NCBI GenBank assembly: GCA_903813345.2
Contig: CAIIXF020000001.1
Span: forward strand, 1,178,001 to 1,242,000
DNA: 64,000 nucleotides
Direction: 5' to 3'
DNA from: Owenia fusiformis
Taxonomy: Eukaryota
Shown here: piece after piece, positions 1 to 13,068 of the stretch
Numbering within the stretch: the stretch's first letter is position 1
Layout of the letters: each line of letters begins with the position of its first letter
Translations under genes and position numbers: made by a program
Notes under the pieces: model-generated
What the model was told of the DNA's origin: nothing
Seen by the model: the letters and a program-made list of their open reading frames with translations, nothing else
Databases searched by the model: none

Positions 1-125
1 TAATTCCTTTCACAAAACTGTTATGGAGTTGATTATATTATCTTCTGACTGTTTTCTCATGACATGATGCTCTAAAGTTAATGCTTATAGGCTACTGCAA
101 ATAGGCTGGTACTTGTTGATGTTTT

Positions 126-262
126 TAGGCTGCTTCTAATGAGATGATGTTCATAAGTTGATGTGTTTAGGCTGCTTCTAATGAGATGATGTTCATAAGT
201 TGATGCTTTTAGGCTGCTTCTAATGAGATGATGTTCATAAGTTGATGTGTTTAGGCTGCTTC
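126..262. repeat. 41-bp tandem repeat, about 3 copies
   Basis: TTAGGCTGCTTCTAATGAGATGATGTTCATAAGTTGATG repeated; a single copy occurs in the paralogous segment near 5350-5395. Confidence 0.85.
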
Positions 263-436
263 TTTATGTTGCTGTTTATCTAAAAGTAAATCAGGTGCAG
301 GTTCAAGTTGATGCAATCATGCTTATACTTTACCATAAAAAACATAATTTTGCACTTTCACAAAAAGTCATTTCACCATAATTTTCACAAAATATTTTGA
401 TTTTGAAGAATGCGATGTATAAAAATATGTAGATAG

Positions 437-905
437 TAGTGTTGTCGCGATGTGCCATAATCGTACATCGATGCATCGGCAATTTTCAGTAGTAAACATC
501 GATGCACATCGCGATGTACATCGAGAAAAAGTCCGAGAAAAGTGCACTGAAATACCGAACGTCAGTGCACTAAAATACCGAACAGAACAAATTAATAAGA
601 GTACGCTAGTACATCCGGGAACTTCTAGGAACGGAGAAATGAAAGTAAAGTAATTTTTTAGAATTTAATGGTTCATTTCGACTAGCTAAAACAGTTTTAA
701 AGCGAAAGAATATCAGAAACATTGGAAAATGAAATAAGACATGAGAAAGGTAAGCGATTTGCGTCAAAATAAGATAAGAAAGGGTGATTTTTAGCAAATT
801 TTTTTTTAAAAAAAACATCGATGTTTTGTGTCAGACATCGATGCATCGCCAGAATCAGCTTTGGCGATGTATATCGCGATGTATCGATTAATCGCGACAA
901 CACTA
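437..905. mobile_element. hAT-type MITE
   Basis: Perfect 15-bp TIRs TAGTGTTGTCGCGAT / ATCGCGACAACACTA; 8-bp TSD GTAGATAG (429-436, 906-913); subterminal ATCGAT/ATCGCG motifs. Confidence 0.9.
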
Positions 906-1619
906 GTAGATAGTACTAAAATTTGGGAAAATATTACAAATTTTATTAAATATTGGTAATTGTAAAAAATTACATACCCCCCATGGTCAGAATGAATCAT
1001 TTTTAGGTGTAACATGAAGAATACAATGTCACATAAAACTTTGGAAAATATTTAAGTGTTTGGACCCACATGGGCTGAGGTTGAGGTCATAAAGGAGCAG
1101 AACCAAAATTTCCTTTGTATAACTGTAATATTGAGAGGTCTAAGAAAATGTTGTATATGCTATTTTGTTCCAACAATGTTCGGAAAGACATTTTATTTCA
1201 TTCTCAAGAATTGGTAGAAAGGAACAAAAAACAATTGCACTAAAAAACAAAAAATGTTAACAAAAACAGTTATATAAAATATATATAAATAATTTTTGCA
1301 TTACATTGTTGCCAATCAGTCAACATTACATAAAAGCACCGTGTTTTTTACAGAATGTTTTCAATAATTGGTTTAAGATAAAAACATTGTTGAATTCAGT
1401 TCACCATATCGATACCTACCTATCCTTTCAGCAAGGGTGTATTGACTTGACATGGGATGTGCTCCATTGACTTAACATGTGGATATCATCATATTCCAAT
1501 AGAGGCCGTTGGTTTCTATTGATTATCACAAAAATACCCAAAGTATACTATGACCTGAATCAATTGCAAAATAAATAATTTTACTGAATATGACATCAAA
1601 TGTGCAAATATGGAGTTTG

Positions 1620-2046
1620 CAATAGACTACATGCGAGTAGAAATAATCTTGATTTACGTCATTAATATTCAAAATTCAGTCAAAGAGATGTCATATTTGA
1701 AATCTGCATGTAAATGTACATCTAGAAATATGGTTTCGAAAATTGTCTATCAACTTTGAAAACTTAATTTTTTTTGAAAATGTGACCTCTTGTTCGGGTT
1801 GATTCCTCATAGACCCCATGTTAGAAAATCACAAAAAGTGAATTATCTTTTCTTGTATTGGACAGATAACATTTTCTTTTACTGGACATATTTTAATTTG
1901 CATACCTATTAGATACATAAGGGTTATATGAAAATTGAACCACGCAAATAGATGTAATTTAAGTTAAAGGGAACTTTCTACTATACCCGCCATGCTATCT
2001 GACCCGAACGAGCCACCTGGTGGTGAATCTGGTAACTACCTACTCG
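1620..2046. mobile_element. Interspersed repeat; inverted copy at about 26594-27003
   Basis: For example GAGCCACCTGGTGGTGAA..GGTAACTACCTACTC here versus GAGTAGGTAGTTACCA..TTCACCACCAGGTGGCTC at 26594. Confidence 0.75.
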
Positions 2047-4231
2047 CATCTGCGTTATTGATTCAGGTCATACTTTAAATTAAAAGATTATATATTTTTT
2101 CATATTTTTTCCTACAAAATGGCTATGAAAAATGCTCCAAAAGTAACTTTTGCACTTATCAAAAGTAATACAACTTTGTAAATCCAAAGACTATACTATT
2201 ATATTCCATAATTAATAACATATTTGGATAAGATATAAGGATCCAAATGATGCAAATGGATTTTGACAGACACAAAATGTTTAAATGATTTAGCATCTAC
2301 ACCTCTACACTTCATGATTGAATATTGACCCTAATAAATGGCCCATTCATCAATACAGTGCTGAATATAGATCAACAAGATACTAGTGTACATATAAATG
2401 TAATAATAAAAGCAATATTCATTTTGAAAAATTAGATGAATTAATTTTTCTTCATGGGGAAATCATAATGGAGCATGCACTAGATCCTTTGCTTGGCATA
2501 TTGTGTGGTAACTATACAAACATGGTTGATTTACGATAAACTTTTGAAAATGATTATACTGATCAATTATTTAGGATGGATTCAAAGCTTTTGGCTATCA
2601 ACTAATGGAATACAGTTTGCCCATTTGGCAATGGACTGCATGCCAATATATAATTGTGCCATCATGTTTATAACAATAGTCATGAACCTTGTATTTTTCT
2701 GTCTGGCCTTTCATTCTGAAACAACTTTAATTAAAATGTTTTTTGAATGAATGAAAGCTACTGATTGATTTCTAATCATTTCTGGCCAGAAATATACAAG
2801 AGAGTAAGAACTCACTCTGGCTTTTACATATAGTGTATGCACCCTCAGATGTATAGCCTGTATAGTGTATGGTTCATTCCTTAAAGTGATCACATAAAGA
2901 AACATTTTAATTTAATACTTAATATTAATATTTAATATTAGAGCCACATGCAGGCAGATTTCTGATTTTTGAATTCATGTTTTGCTTAATAATCAACCAA
3001 TAAAGGACCACAATACAATTTTGAGGAAGAACATACAAATGTGTTACAAAAACCAAACTTCTGTATATCTTAGTAACAAATTACATCCTGTATATGGAGT
3101 AAAACTGTGATCTCTTGTAATGTAGAGCTTTTCAACCATGATAATTATGAAGCCATGCTTTGAGAATAACATGACAGAGAAGCATCCATTTGTTAGCTCA
3201 ACCTTAATCTAAAATATACATGATTTTACTGTGATTTAGAAATTCCACTTGTTCTGTCATCTTAATAAATATAAATCTTTAAAATACAAGATGTACAAAT
3301 GTTCTCACCTTGTTCAGTTCTCATATGTGTAATAATGAACTAGCATCTAAACCAATTCTGCTACTATGCACACTACACTGAGGCTCACAAGCATATTAAT
3401 TGATTTCTTATTCAGCAGTTCACTGACCAATACAGTCTCCTTGATTATATTTTGCATGAACATACAGCACTTCAGTACAATATAGATTTTTTATCTTATA
3501 AATCCAATAGAGGAGTTTTTAAATAGCTTTGAAATCTTACTAATTCTCATTTTTTCATCAGATTTTAAGAGATTTGCGCTTTTTACCTCTACTTTTAACT
3601 CCAATAATAGCTTTGGATTATCAGTTATGTCATTTGAATAATTTTTCCATGACATTTTAAAAAAACTTGGGCAAAATCTCCATTGACGCAATGCTAAAAT
3701 TCATTAAAACCTTGGCTTATTCATATGACAACCCACATTTTCATGTTTAATCACAATATGTACATTGACAGGGTCATCCAATAGTATGCCATTCGAGTTT
3801 CAGACAGATTCAACCAACACTTTTTTGATAAATCATGAAATTAAGTGACTATTGCAATTTTCTATCATACATAGAAGTGAATGGAGGTCTGGCCCAAGAA
3901 AATCAAAGACAAACGAGGGTGACATCTATTATGTCAGCGTTATTCAGCTATTTAGAAACTATACAATGATCATAATTGGTAGGATGAAAGCAGGTTTATT
4001 CAAAGATTTGTAAAACGAGAAAGTTAGTAAACAGGTTGATGATTCTCTTCATGAGTATTTCTATGAATCCAATTGCTAATATTAATGAATTGGGTGATGT
4101 TTTGTAACAGTATTCCGTGAATGTTTACAAATTATTTGAGTCTTTAAAACTACCCATTTTGGAAAGAACAATGTTGCGGTGGCTCAAACTGTTTTAATTT
4201 AACATTGTCAAAATATGTTTTAAGTCTTATA

Positions 4232-5263
4232 TCACAGTTTCATAAAGTCTTCAAATTTCATGAATTTGTATCCAATTCCATTTAGTCTTGACACTGGACT
4301 ACCATTGAAATATTCTACATTGAACTCTGGGTGTTTCTTGGTGTCCTCTAGAATCTGCTTGAATGCAGTTACATGAACCACCTCATTGTTTGGAACATTA
4401 TACACATCACCTTTCACTTGGTAATTTGAAAAGAAATAGTTTGAGTTGTTTTTAGGGGTTTCTTTCATGATAAGTGTCCCTCCTTTATGGCGTGTTGAAC
4501 CATTGATGTATTCAACATAATTCATGTCAATTCCTAGGAGCAAGATCTTCTCATATCCTAAGTATTGTCCAATCCTCGCAGCTAAAGCTCCTGTTGAGAT
4601 TTCACGAGTCACTTTTACCATATTTTGGTCACTGGCTGCTTTAATGTTTTCATAAAATTTTACTTTCGGATGAGATTTCAGTTGAGGTTCTTTCTTGGCA
4701 ATATTTGATCGAGTAAAAAAGAGTTTCATGCCACGTTTTTCAGAGTTTTCAATCATATCCATTAGCTCCGGGATGTGTGCGATGTTAACAACAGTATCAA
4801 ATGATGCATAATATGTCGGCCACCAATCAATCTGTTTCCAATATCTAAAGGCTAAGTTCATTCCTAAGGTATCCACTCCTTTAGTCTTGAAGAAGTCAAA
4901 TCCCTTCAGTGACGGCCCATTTCCAAATACAATAAGTTTCTTTTGTGGGCGACACTTTTCCCTGTATCCAAAACACCACAGGGAGCACTGGTGATATTGC
5001 GGTCTATCCTTGGTGCCTTCTATACATGACTGAGTATCATTGTTTCTGCACCAGCCACATTCGTTAGCACTTTGACACTGTTTTTGGTTTACTATAGATT
5101 CACATATACTAGTTCTAGTGAAGCGTCTTGAATTGTCGGATTGAGCACTGTGAACTGTACTTGGTAGCTCTCTTCCATAAAGTACATAGAAACCTAGTCT
5201 TAGAGCTAATATTCCTATCACTATGACTATGAAATATCGGATTGCTTGCGACTTATAACTCAT
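4232..5263 (-). CDS. Type II membrane glycosyltransferase-like protein, copy 1 (343 aa): TM anchor + PSI-like Cys-rich module + GT42/DUF115(Maf/MptE-like) catalytic domain
   Basis: Uninterrupted ORF. The first ATG (5261-5263) gives MSYKSQAIRY followed by hydrophobic FIVIVIGILALRLGFYVLY. The module ICESIV..CQSANECGWC..CIEG..CSLWCF..C has 8 Cys. Catalytic motifs IVFGNGPSLK, GMN, YYASFD, ISTG, LGYEKILLLGIDMNY, NYFFSNY and NGSPVSRL parallel CstII GNGPSLK / ITSG / LGYKEIYLSGIDFY. The ORF track's 5308 start is a non-ATG codon. Confidence 0.85.
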   Translation of the reverse strand: MSYKSQAIRYFIVIVIGILALRLGFYVLYGRELPSTVHSAQSDNSRRFTRTSICESIVNQKQCQSANECGWCRNNDTQSCIEGTKDRPQYHQCSLWCFGYREKCRPQKKLIVFGNGPSLKGFDFFKTKGVDTLGMNLAFRYWKQIDWWPTYYASFDTVVNIAHIPELMDMIENSEKRGMKLFFTRSNIAKKEPQLKSHPKVKFYENIKAASDQNMVKVTREISTGALAARIGQYLGYEKILLLGIDMNYVEYINGSTRHKGGTLIMKETPKNNSNYFFSNYQVKGDVYNVPNNEVVHVTAFKQILEDTKKHPEFNVEYFNGSPVSRLNGIGYKFMKFEDFMKL

Positions 5264-8200
5264 TATTTCTGTCTTTATATTTTGGTCGTCTTCTACCTGC
5301 TTCCACAAAGCTTTTATGAAGTTGATAATATTATCTTCTGATAGACTGGTTCTAATGAGATGATGTTCATAAGTTGATGCATTTAGGCTGCTTCTTTATG
5401 TTGCTGTTGATCTAAAAGTACATCAGGTACAGGTTCAAGTCAATTTAATCATGCTTATATATATTATTTAATCAAATGCTCAATGCTTATGACGTACAAA
5501 AGGTAGCTTCTAATACCCTTTCACAAAAAGTCATTTCGCCATAATTTTTACAAAATATTTTGATTTTGAACGATGCGAATTATGATAATATGGCTTTTCA
5601 CTTTTGGCAATAGACTAATGGAATACAGTTTGCCTATTAGGTAATGTGATGAATGCCAATATAATTGTACCATCGTGTTTATAACAATAGTCATGAGTCC
5701 TAGGATGAACCATGTATTTTTCTGTCTGACCCATCAATCTGACACAACTTGAATCAAATTGTTGTTTTTTGAATGAATGAAAGCTCCCGCTTGATTTTTT
5801 AATTATTTCTGGCCAGAAATATTTTTTAACAAGAGAGTTAGGACCAACACTGGCTAGTATATGGTTCATCATACTTGAAAGTAAATCACCTTTAGAAACA
5901 TGGTGTTTTCCCATGAGTTATGTGTGTTATTGCATATTTGATCCTATTATATCTAATACCCCTGGCATAGTCCCAGCTCGAAATGTATGATGTACATGTA
6001 TATACTGATTTAATGTTAGAACCACATGCAAGCAATCTTAACAGTATTTTGGATTGTGTTTTGCTAAAATAATCAACCAATAAAGGACCACAGTGTGCAA
6101 TTTTAAGGCAGATCTGCATGATGAGTTTTTTTGCAATTTTGAAAAGAGGACTGCTGAAATTTTAGTTATTTATGCATTCTAAAAAACAATTAACACTCAA
6201 TTATTAATCTGGGTACGCTAAAGCACCCTTTGTACGTGCAAAAATGAAAGATTTATAACATGTTTGGAATGAGTTATGTTCATCTGAAAAAAGCACATGG
6301 TCATCAAAATTGTAGAAAGTACAGTCTGACCTTAAGGAGGAAAATACAAACATGTTATAAAAACCAAACTTCTGTATACAAATTAGAATATGCAATAAAA
6401 TTGTGATCTCTTGTAATTCAGAGTTTCGAGTCAATCATGATAATTCTGATGCCATGCTTATGAGAATAACATGACAGAGAGAAGCATGATATATATAACT
6501 GAGGCCACACATTTGTTAGCCTCACCTTGATCTAAAATATTTGTGATGACCCACAAATATGTTAAATATCCTACACTTAGCTTATACATACCAAAAATTA
6601 TGTCAGATGTGATACATAAATGTATTTATTGAGCAAAATGGTTACATCCTATCTCTAATTTCACTGCTATCTGAGGGGTAAAATTGTCTAAAAATCATTT
6701 TTTGGGCGGGTTTTGGCACTTCTATAATTTTCTGTCAGTGTGTCAATGTTTATTTCAAACCTGTCAGTTATGACCAGATTGGGACAGGCTTTACAATGGT
6801 ATGAAGAATATAACATATACAAAATGACATCCTTGGCTTAGAGGAAAATGTATTACATTGTTTTATAGCAAATCGTAATTTATGACATAATTCAATGGAA
6901 AAAATCACCTCTGTATCAGATGCTGGCACACTTTTGCCGGAGGTTTGCAAGAAGTAACTTTTGGCAATGCAGTATGTTAGAGTAACCTAGTAGGTGTAAG
7001 AAAATATAAGGTGATGGGCTTTAAAGTGGTAAAAACAATTTTCACAGCCGAATTGGACTTCAATTCCTAAGATTTCAGGGGGTACTATAAGATTATTTCA
7101 TAACTTAAAGGATATATTTGTGATTGTTCTGCTTTCTACAGCACACATTACTAGTCCAGAGATGAATAATATCCTAAAGTTATAGGCTGATATCTGTATT
7201 AGTCTCAGAAATATTGCAACTCAGTGAGTTTGTGAGACAATCTAGTTAAGCATTGCTGACTTTTTTAGATTTTCATCTAATTTTTTTAATTTCCCACTAG
7301 TACTATGTATGCCATTTGCCTCTAAGAATTTAGTAATATCATACAAAATTTTGAAAATGTTATGACTGATAAAGGACCATGCACTTTTTTTCTTTACAAA
7401 GGGTAGTGATTTAGATTTGTATTTTTTTATTTGAAATTGAACTGACTGGTCCAGTGATTACTTTGTTTTAGCAAAGTTCAACTGTGCTTTATAGAGATTT
7501 ATAAAGCATAAAATCATCTATTATCTATTATATGGACATCAGATCATAATCAAATTCCACTTGTTCTGCCATCTTATTACCTAAAATTCAAGTTGTACAA
7601 ATTTGGGTAAAACTTCATATTCTTACCTTATTCAGATCCTAATATGTGTAATAATGAACTAACATCTTATTCTAAATCAATTCTGCTACAATGCACACTA
7701 TACTGGCTCGCATGCATATTAATTATTTATTTTTCAGCAGTACAATCAATTGACCGATCAATACAGCCTCTTTAATTATTGTGCATGAACATACAGCACC
7801 TCAGTACAATATAGATCTTTTATCTTATAAATATCCAATTAGCATGATTGTTTGGATGATATAACAAACTCGAGTTGGTCAGTTGTATTTCTTATGTTTG
7901 CTTACATAATTAGATGGTTAAGGTCAGTTGTATTTCTTATGTTTGCTTACATAATTGGATTATTTAGAGCAAGTATATCAAGCTATTACCAGTTAGTCAT
8001 TTTGACAAACGTTCATTTTGTTGAAGCATTCATAAAACATTCATTGTGCAGTGAATCAATAGCTTTGTCATTGTCATAGGGTGGGGGGGGCGGGTGTATA
8101 GGGGGTCTTGGAAATTCATATACAATATGTTTCAGCTCTCTTATACCATATACAATATTTTTTCACCCCTTTTATACCATATACAATAATTTTCACAGCT

Positions 8201-9149
8201 CTTATACCATATACAATAATTTACAAAAGTTTAGATGAAATACAATATACAATAATTTTGAAACTGCTGTTGATCGAATATTTGATATTTATAAAGGAAT
8301 AATATTAGGAGAGAATCCATGTACTCCATTAAATGTATTATTATAAGGCAAATATAAGACTCCACATACTTACCACAATGATTTCATTTATTACATTATA
8401 ACCGAGACACCATTCAGGTACATCCGCATGTTCAGAAATTCTTTGACCACTTTTATTTTCAGGTAAAAAATTGATTAAAACATATTTATGGTATAAGATT
8501 CTTGACTTTCTGCAATTGGCTAAAGCCAGTATCTGTAAAAGTGCCATAAAAATATTCAAAATTAGCACAAAAATCGCATCATTGAAATGGGTGGAACTCA
8601 GTGTACCTCTTTCTTATGACCTACTTTCCTCAAGACTTATTTTAATTGGCAATGGAATCCTTCATAAGGAGTCAGGGAATTTCTCGAAACATAATTGATC
8701 CAAAACTGAGAATGTGGAATAAAAGATTCATCATGTGTTCTCTGAAAATTAAGTATGCTGAGGAACACTATCAGGAAGATTCACAATGCACAATATTTTT
8801 GTAAGAAAGTCACCTGGAGAATATTAAGTATTGAAAACAGTTTCGGAAACAATAATTAAAGTACTTCACAAATAAAACTTCCATGTAGATAATTCAATTT
8901 TGATTGGACTCGAGTCTGGACTAGAGTTTGAAATAAAGGCAAGATGAGGCTTGATTGTTTAATCATTTGAAACAGAGACACTTCGGGGTTTCAGATAAAG
9001 CAGCCTTAAAAACAGTATAAGTCAAACAAAAGTGTGTCAAAATTAAGCAAATTTCCATAAAGGTCAAACCACTTGTTTCACGAATGATTTCAAGGCAAAG
9101 ATGTGTTGATGAGAATGAAAACTACTCTATGTAACTCGAAACTCTATGT

Positions 9150-10822
9150 AAGGACCATGGATGGTATTGCAACAGATTTCAGTCATATGTTGGATTTTGG
9201 CTATTTTCTGAGGATTTTAACAGATGCATGTGTCAGGCCATCATTAACTCCAGGACAAGCAGCCAAAGAGATGATAAAATAATTTGGACTGTAAGACAGG
9301 GAGGGTGCAAACACCCAACCAACATGTTTTTTCTGTAATGTTGTCCTGATTTCCAATCTTTTAAAGAGGCTCTATTCCATAGGATAGCACAATCAAGACG
9401 CCTCTGGACTTTTTGCATATTGAGTTTCACCACATATTTACCCATATACTTGCCAGAAAAGAAATTCCAAAATCCCCCTCTTTCAGTGTAAATTTTGCGA
9501 TTGTGCTGGCCTTTCTAATCATTTTCAAAGAAATTAACTCAATCTGAAGTTTGAATATACCGGGAAAGTCCTCCTGTTATCTGATTGGTCGTTGAATTTG
9601 TTTATCATAAACCTGATTGGCTGCCTGGTTCAAGGCGCTTGTGGGCGCTTGTGTGACTCAATGGGGATTCCCCTCGCTAGCCGAGGAATAGATTGTGTTT
9701 AATTCTGGAGTTTGGTTGTTCTGTTGATTATTTCCGATATTTCATCAATAATATACCCAAAAGTTATTCTCAAGATATATCCATGGTATGTGAGATATTA
9801 TATGAGCAATAACAATAGGACATCATAGATTGTCTGGGGGAGAAACCTATGGCATAATGCATCTTTAAACATCTGTTTTTTCAATATTTGTTGCATTAAG
9901 GGGCGGGGTCAAAATATCGATGTTCCTATGGAGACGAAAGTACTTTCGCGAGGGGGGGAGGGGGTTTTTGGGCACTTTCCTTGACCAAAAAAACATCGAT
10001 AATTCAGATCTGATATACAAAAAATAATTGGACTTACCCACTTTTTCTGGCGCTATGTTCTGATAAAAAGGCTTGTTTTCAATAGTTCGTGAGCTTTTTT
10101 GTGTGATAGGTCCAAAATATCGGTAGATAAAGACGATAATTCGATCATTTTTCAAATAAATTCCGTACTTTTCCCTCCCCCTTTTGAAGAGTTCAATGCA
10201 GTTAAATTGCGAACGTGTGTTAATTCACCGTAATCATTTGACAGTCACTGAAAATCAATGTTTTTTTGAAGTGACCTAAGCTTTCGTCTAGAGGGGGGGT
10301 GGGGGGGTTGTCCAAACGAAATTACTTTCGTCTCCATATGAACATTGATATTTTGACCCCACCCCTAACATGTTGTGTTTTGAGACACAGTTAACATCTT
10401 TAAAGGAAAATATGATTCATGCTGAGGTTTTAAAGATATCAATTTTGGGTGACTAAAATTAAGCTGAAAACAATATATCACATGAGTTTTCCCTATGTGA
10501 AAATAACATAAGGAATATTGTTTTTCACGTTATCCAAATGAATCATATTTCCTTTAAATAGGTTGACTATTTCTAAACATGCAACATATTGATGCACCAA
10601 ACATTGAAAAAAACATATGTGAAAAGGGCAACATTTCAGAAAATCGTTTATTGGGTGTTTGCACCTTCCCTGTCTCAAAGTCCAAATCATTTTATCACCT
10701 CTATGAGTGCTTGATTTGGTTAATGCAATGACCTAACATATGCACTTGTTCAAATCTCCAATCAATAGCTGAAATCCAACATGACAGTTTGAAATCAGTT
10801 GCGATACCTTCCGTGGTCCTTT
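9150..10822. mobile_element. Degenerate non-autonomous DNA transposon with long TIRs (Kolobok-like termini); related sequence at about 31500-33160
   Basis: AAGGACCATGGATGGTATTGCAAC at 9150 is the inverse of GTTGCGATACCTTCCGTGGTCCTT ending near 10821; inverted similarity extends about 180 bp. Confidence 0.55.
9900..10365. mobile_element. PIF/Harbinger-type MITE nested in the previous element
   Basis: About 50-bp TIRs GGGGCGGGGTCAAAATATCGATGTTC..GGAGACGAAAGTA / TACTTTCGTCTCC..GATATTTTGACCCCACCCC; 3-bp TSD TAA on both sides. Confidence 0.85.
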
Positions 10823-10827
10823 CTTTG

Positions 10828-11956
10828 ATTATCCCACCGAACGAAGTTCAAGAGGGATATAGGAAACCGTCCGTCCGTTCGTCCATCCGTCTGTTTGTCC
10901 GGGCGATAACTCAAATACCGTTTCACGGATTTGATTCAAATTTTATAGGCTTATGCCTTATGGGTGTAGGACCTCTGCTCGAGAAGGAATTTTCAATATG
11001 GCCACTGAATTCAAAATGGCCGCCATTTTTCGTAAAAAATGTAATCTTTAATAACTCAAATAATAGTTTGCGGATTTGGTTCAAATTTTATATGCTGATG
11101 CCTAGGGACAAAGGAGTTTCGCACAAAAAGAGATTTTCAAGATGGCCGCTTAATTTCAAAATGGTGGCCATTTTTCGTAAAAATATGTAATCTTTGATAA
11201 CTCAAATACCAGTGAACAGATTTGGTTCAAATTTTATATGGTGATGCTTAGGGACACAGTTACTATGTTTGACAAAACATTTTCAAGATGGCCACTTAAT
11301 TTCAAAATGGCGGCAATTTTTCGTAAAAAACGTAATCTTTGATAACTCAAATACCAGTAAACAGATTTGGTTGAAATTTTATATGATTATGCCTATGCCT
11401 AATAATTTTCAAGATGGCGGCCCATATTCGTAAAAAACGTAATCTTTGATAACTCCTATACCAGTGAACGGATTTGGTTCAAATTTTATACGGAACGGAT
11501 TTGGTTCAAATTTTATATGATGATGCTTAGGGACACAGTAGCTATGTTCGACAAAACATTTTCAAGATTTCCACTTAATTTCAAAATGGCGGTAATTTTT
11601 CGTAAAAAACCTAATCTTTGATAACTCAAATACCAGTGAACAGATTTGGTTGAAATTTTATATGATTATGCCTAGGGACACAGTAGCTCTGTTCAAGAAA
11701 TAATTTTCAAGATGGCGGCTGAATTTCAAGATGGCGGCCCATATTTGTAAAAAACTTTATCTTTGATAACTCATATACCAGTGAACGGATTTGGTTCAAA
11801 TTTTATATGATGATGCCTAGTTCACAATGGTATAAACTAACTTTGTGCCAAATTTCATGCTTCTATCACAAAGTGCACGTCATTTCAACATTTTCACGCA
11901 TAATATGTTTTGTTCGGTGGGATTTGCTACTCCGTGGAGTTGCTGTTTTTCTAGTT
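10828..11956 (+). mobile_element. Helentron-associated non-autonomous element (HINE/DINE-like) with internal ~145-bp tandem repeats
   Basis: subTIRs ATCCCACCGAAC (10831-10842) / GTTCGGTGGGAT (11912-11923); (CCGT)n microsatellite; 6-7 repeats containing GATAACTCAAATACC and CAAGATGGC; 3' hairpin GCTACTCCGTGGAGTTGC. Confidence 0.8.
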
Positions 11957-13068
11957 AGTTTTAGGACCAAATAAACACCTTTTGCAATATAAGAATATCT
12001 AATGATGCTTGAATTAAATATACGCTGTATGAACACTTTATATTCAAATATTTTAATGATTTATCCCACATACCCCGAAACACACGTAGCTATAGTGACC
12101 ATATTTTTCATCAAAGTTGAGAAGAGTCAATGACATTTGGCATTCTTATTTGACACTGTATTTAACACCTCCTGTGAAAATTTGAATGAAAATGGAAAAA
12201 ACCTTTGAGAGTGATTTTCTCAAAACTTATTGATTGACATGGAATGTGGAACCAATTAGAGTGACTATACTCTTTCATGTTTTCCAACACGATGACAGTA
12301 AAAAGTCAGCACAATGGAGTTTTTCAGGGCACAATTTCTTCATAATTAGCCTTCAATTCTTTACCTTCTGGTGCCTTGAGATACCATATATTTTCTCTTA
12401 TACCATATACCATATTTTTTACACCTCTTATACCATGATAAAATTTGCCCCCTCTTATACAATATACAATAAATTTTCACCCTCTTATACGATATACAAT
12501 ATCCCCCCCCCCGTCATAGTAGCATCTGGTCTCAATGAATAATGTATAAAGCGAGCCCATGTGCCAATCAGATGATTTGCCTGGTTATCAGATCAAAAAA
12601 GGTCCATTGATACCAGTGTGAATTTGAATCAAACTTTTTGACATTAAGTAGAAAGGCAATTTTTCATGTGCATGTTCTGTACAAACCTTTACATTCATCA
12701 TTAATGAACTATTGCAGAGATGACATCTTTTAATACTCTGTCGAGTTTTTTGATTGACGATTCTGTAAAGAATACTGTTTACAGAAAAACAGCTTTGGTA
12801 CAAAACAAAATAATGAAAAATCTTTACAAAAGCTTTATTGAATCAGTTTATAAAGTAATATCAGAATAAATGCAAAATCATTGCAGATTCTTTGAGGGAA
12901 ATGTGTACTTTTGGAATTTGTATGCAGTCCTCATTGGAGTCACATGTTATTTTAAGGAATAGATAATAACCCATTTTATATATGGTCTTCATCTTTCATA
13001 TTTTCACAAAGAGTGCACTAAGGGACTTATTTAGGTCACTGAATTTTCTCATTTTTTTCAGCCGTATA

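Noticed and set aside
4232-4942. MptE-like 6-hydroxymethylpterin diphosphokinase function
   Set aside because: The DUF115 family name covers this, but type II membrane topology with a luminal disulfide module fits a glycosyltransferase far better than a cytosolic pterin kinase.
5264-5308. 15-aa N-terminal extension in the ORF track (MWKQVEDD...)
   Set aside because: It begins at a non-ATG codon; the ATG at 5263 gives a length and topology matching copy 2.
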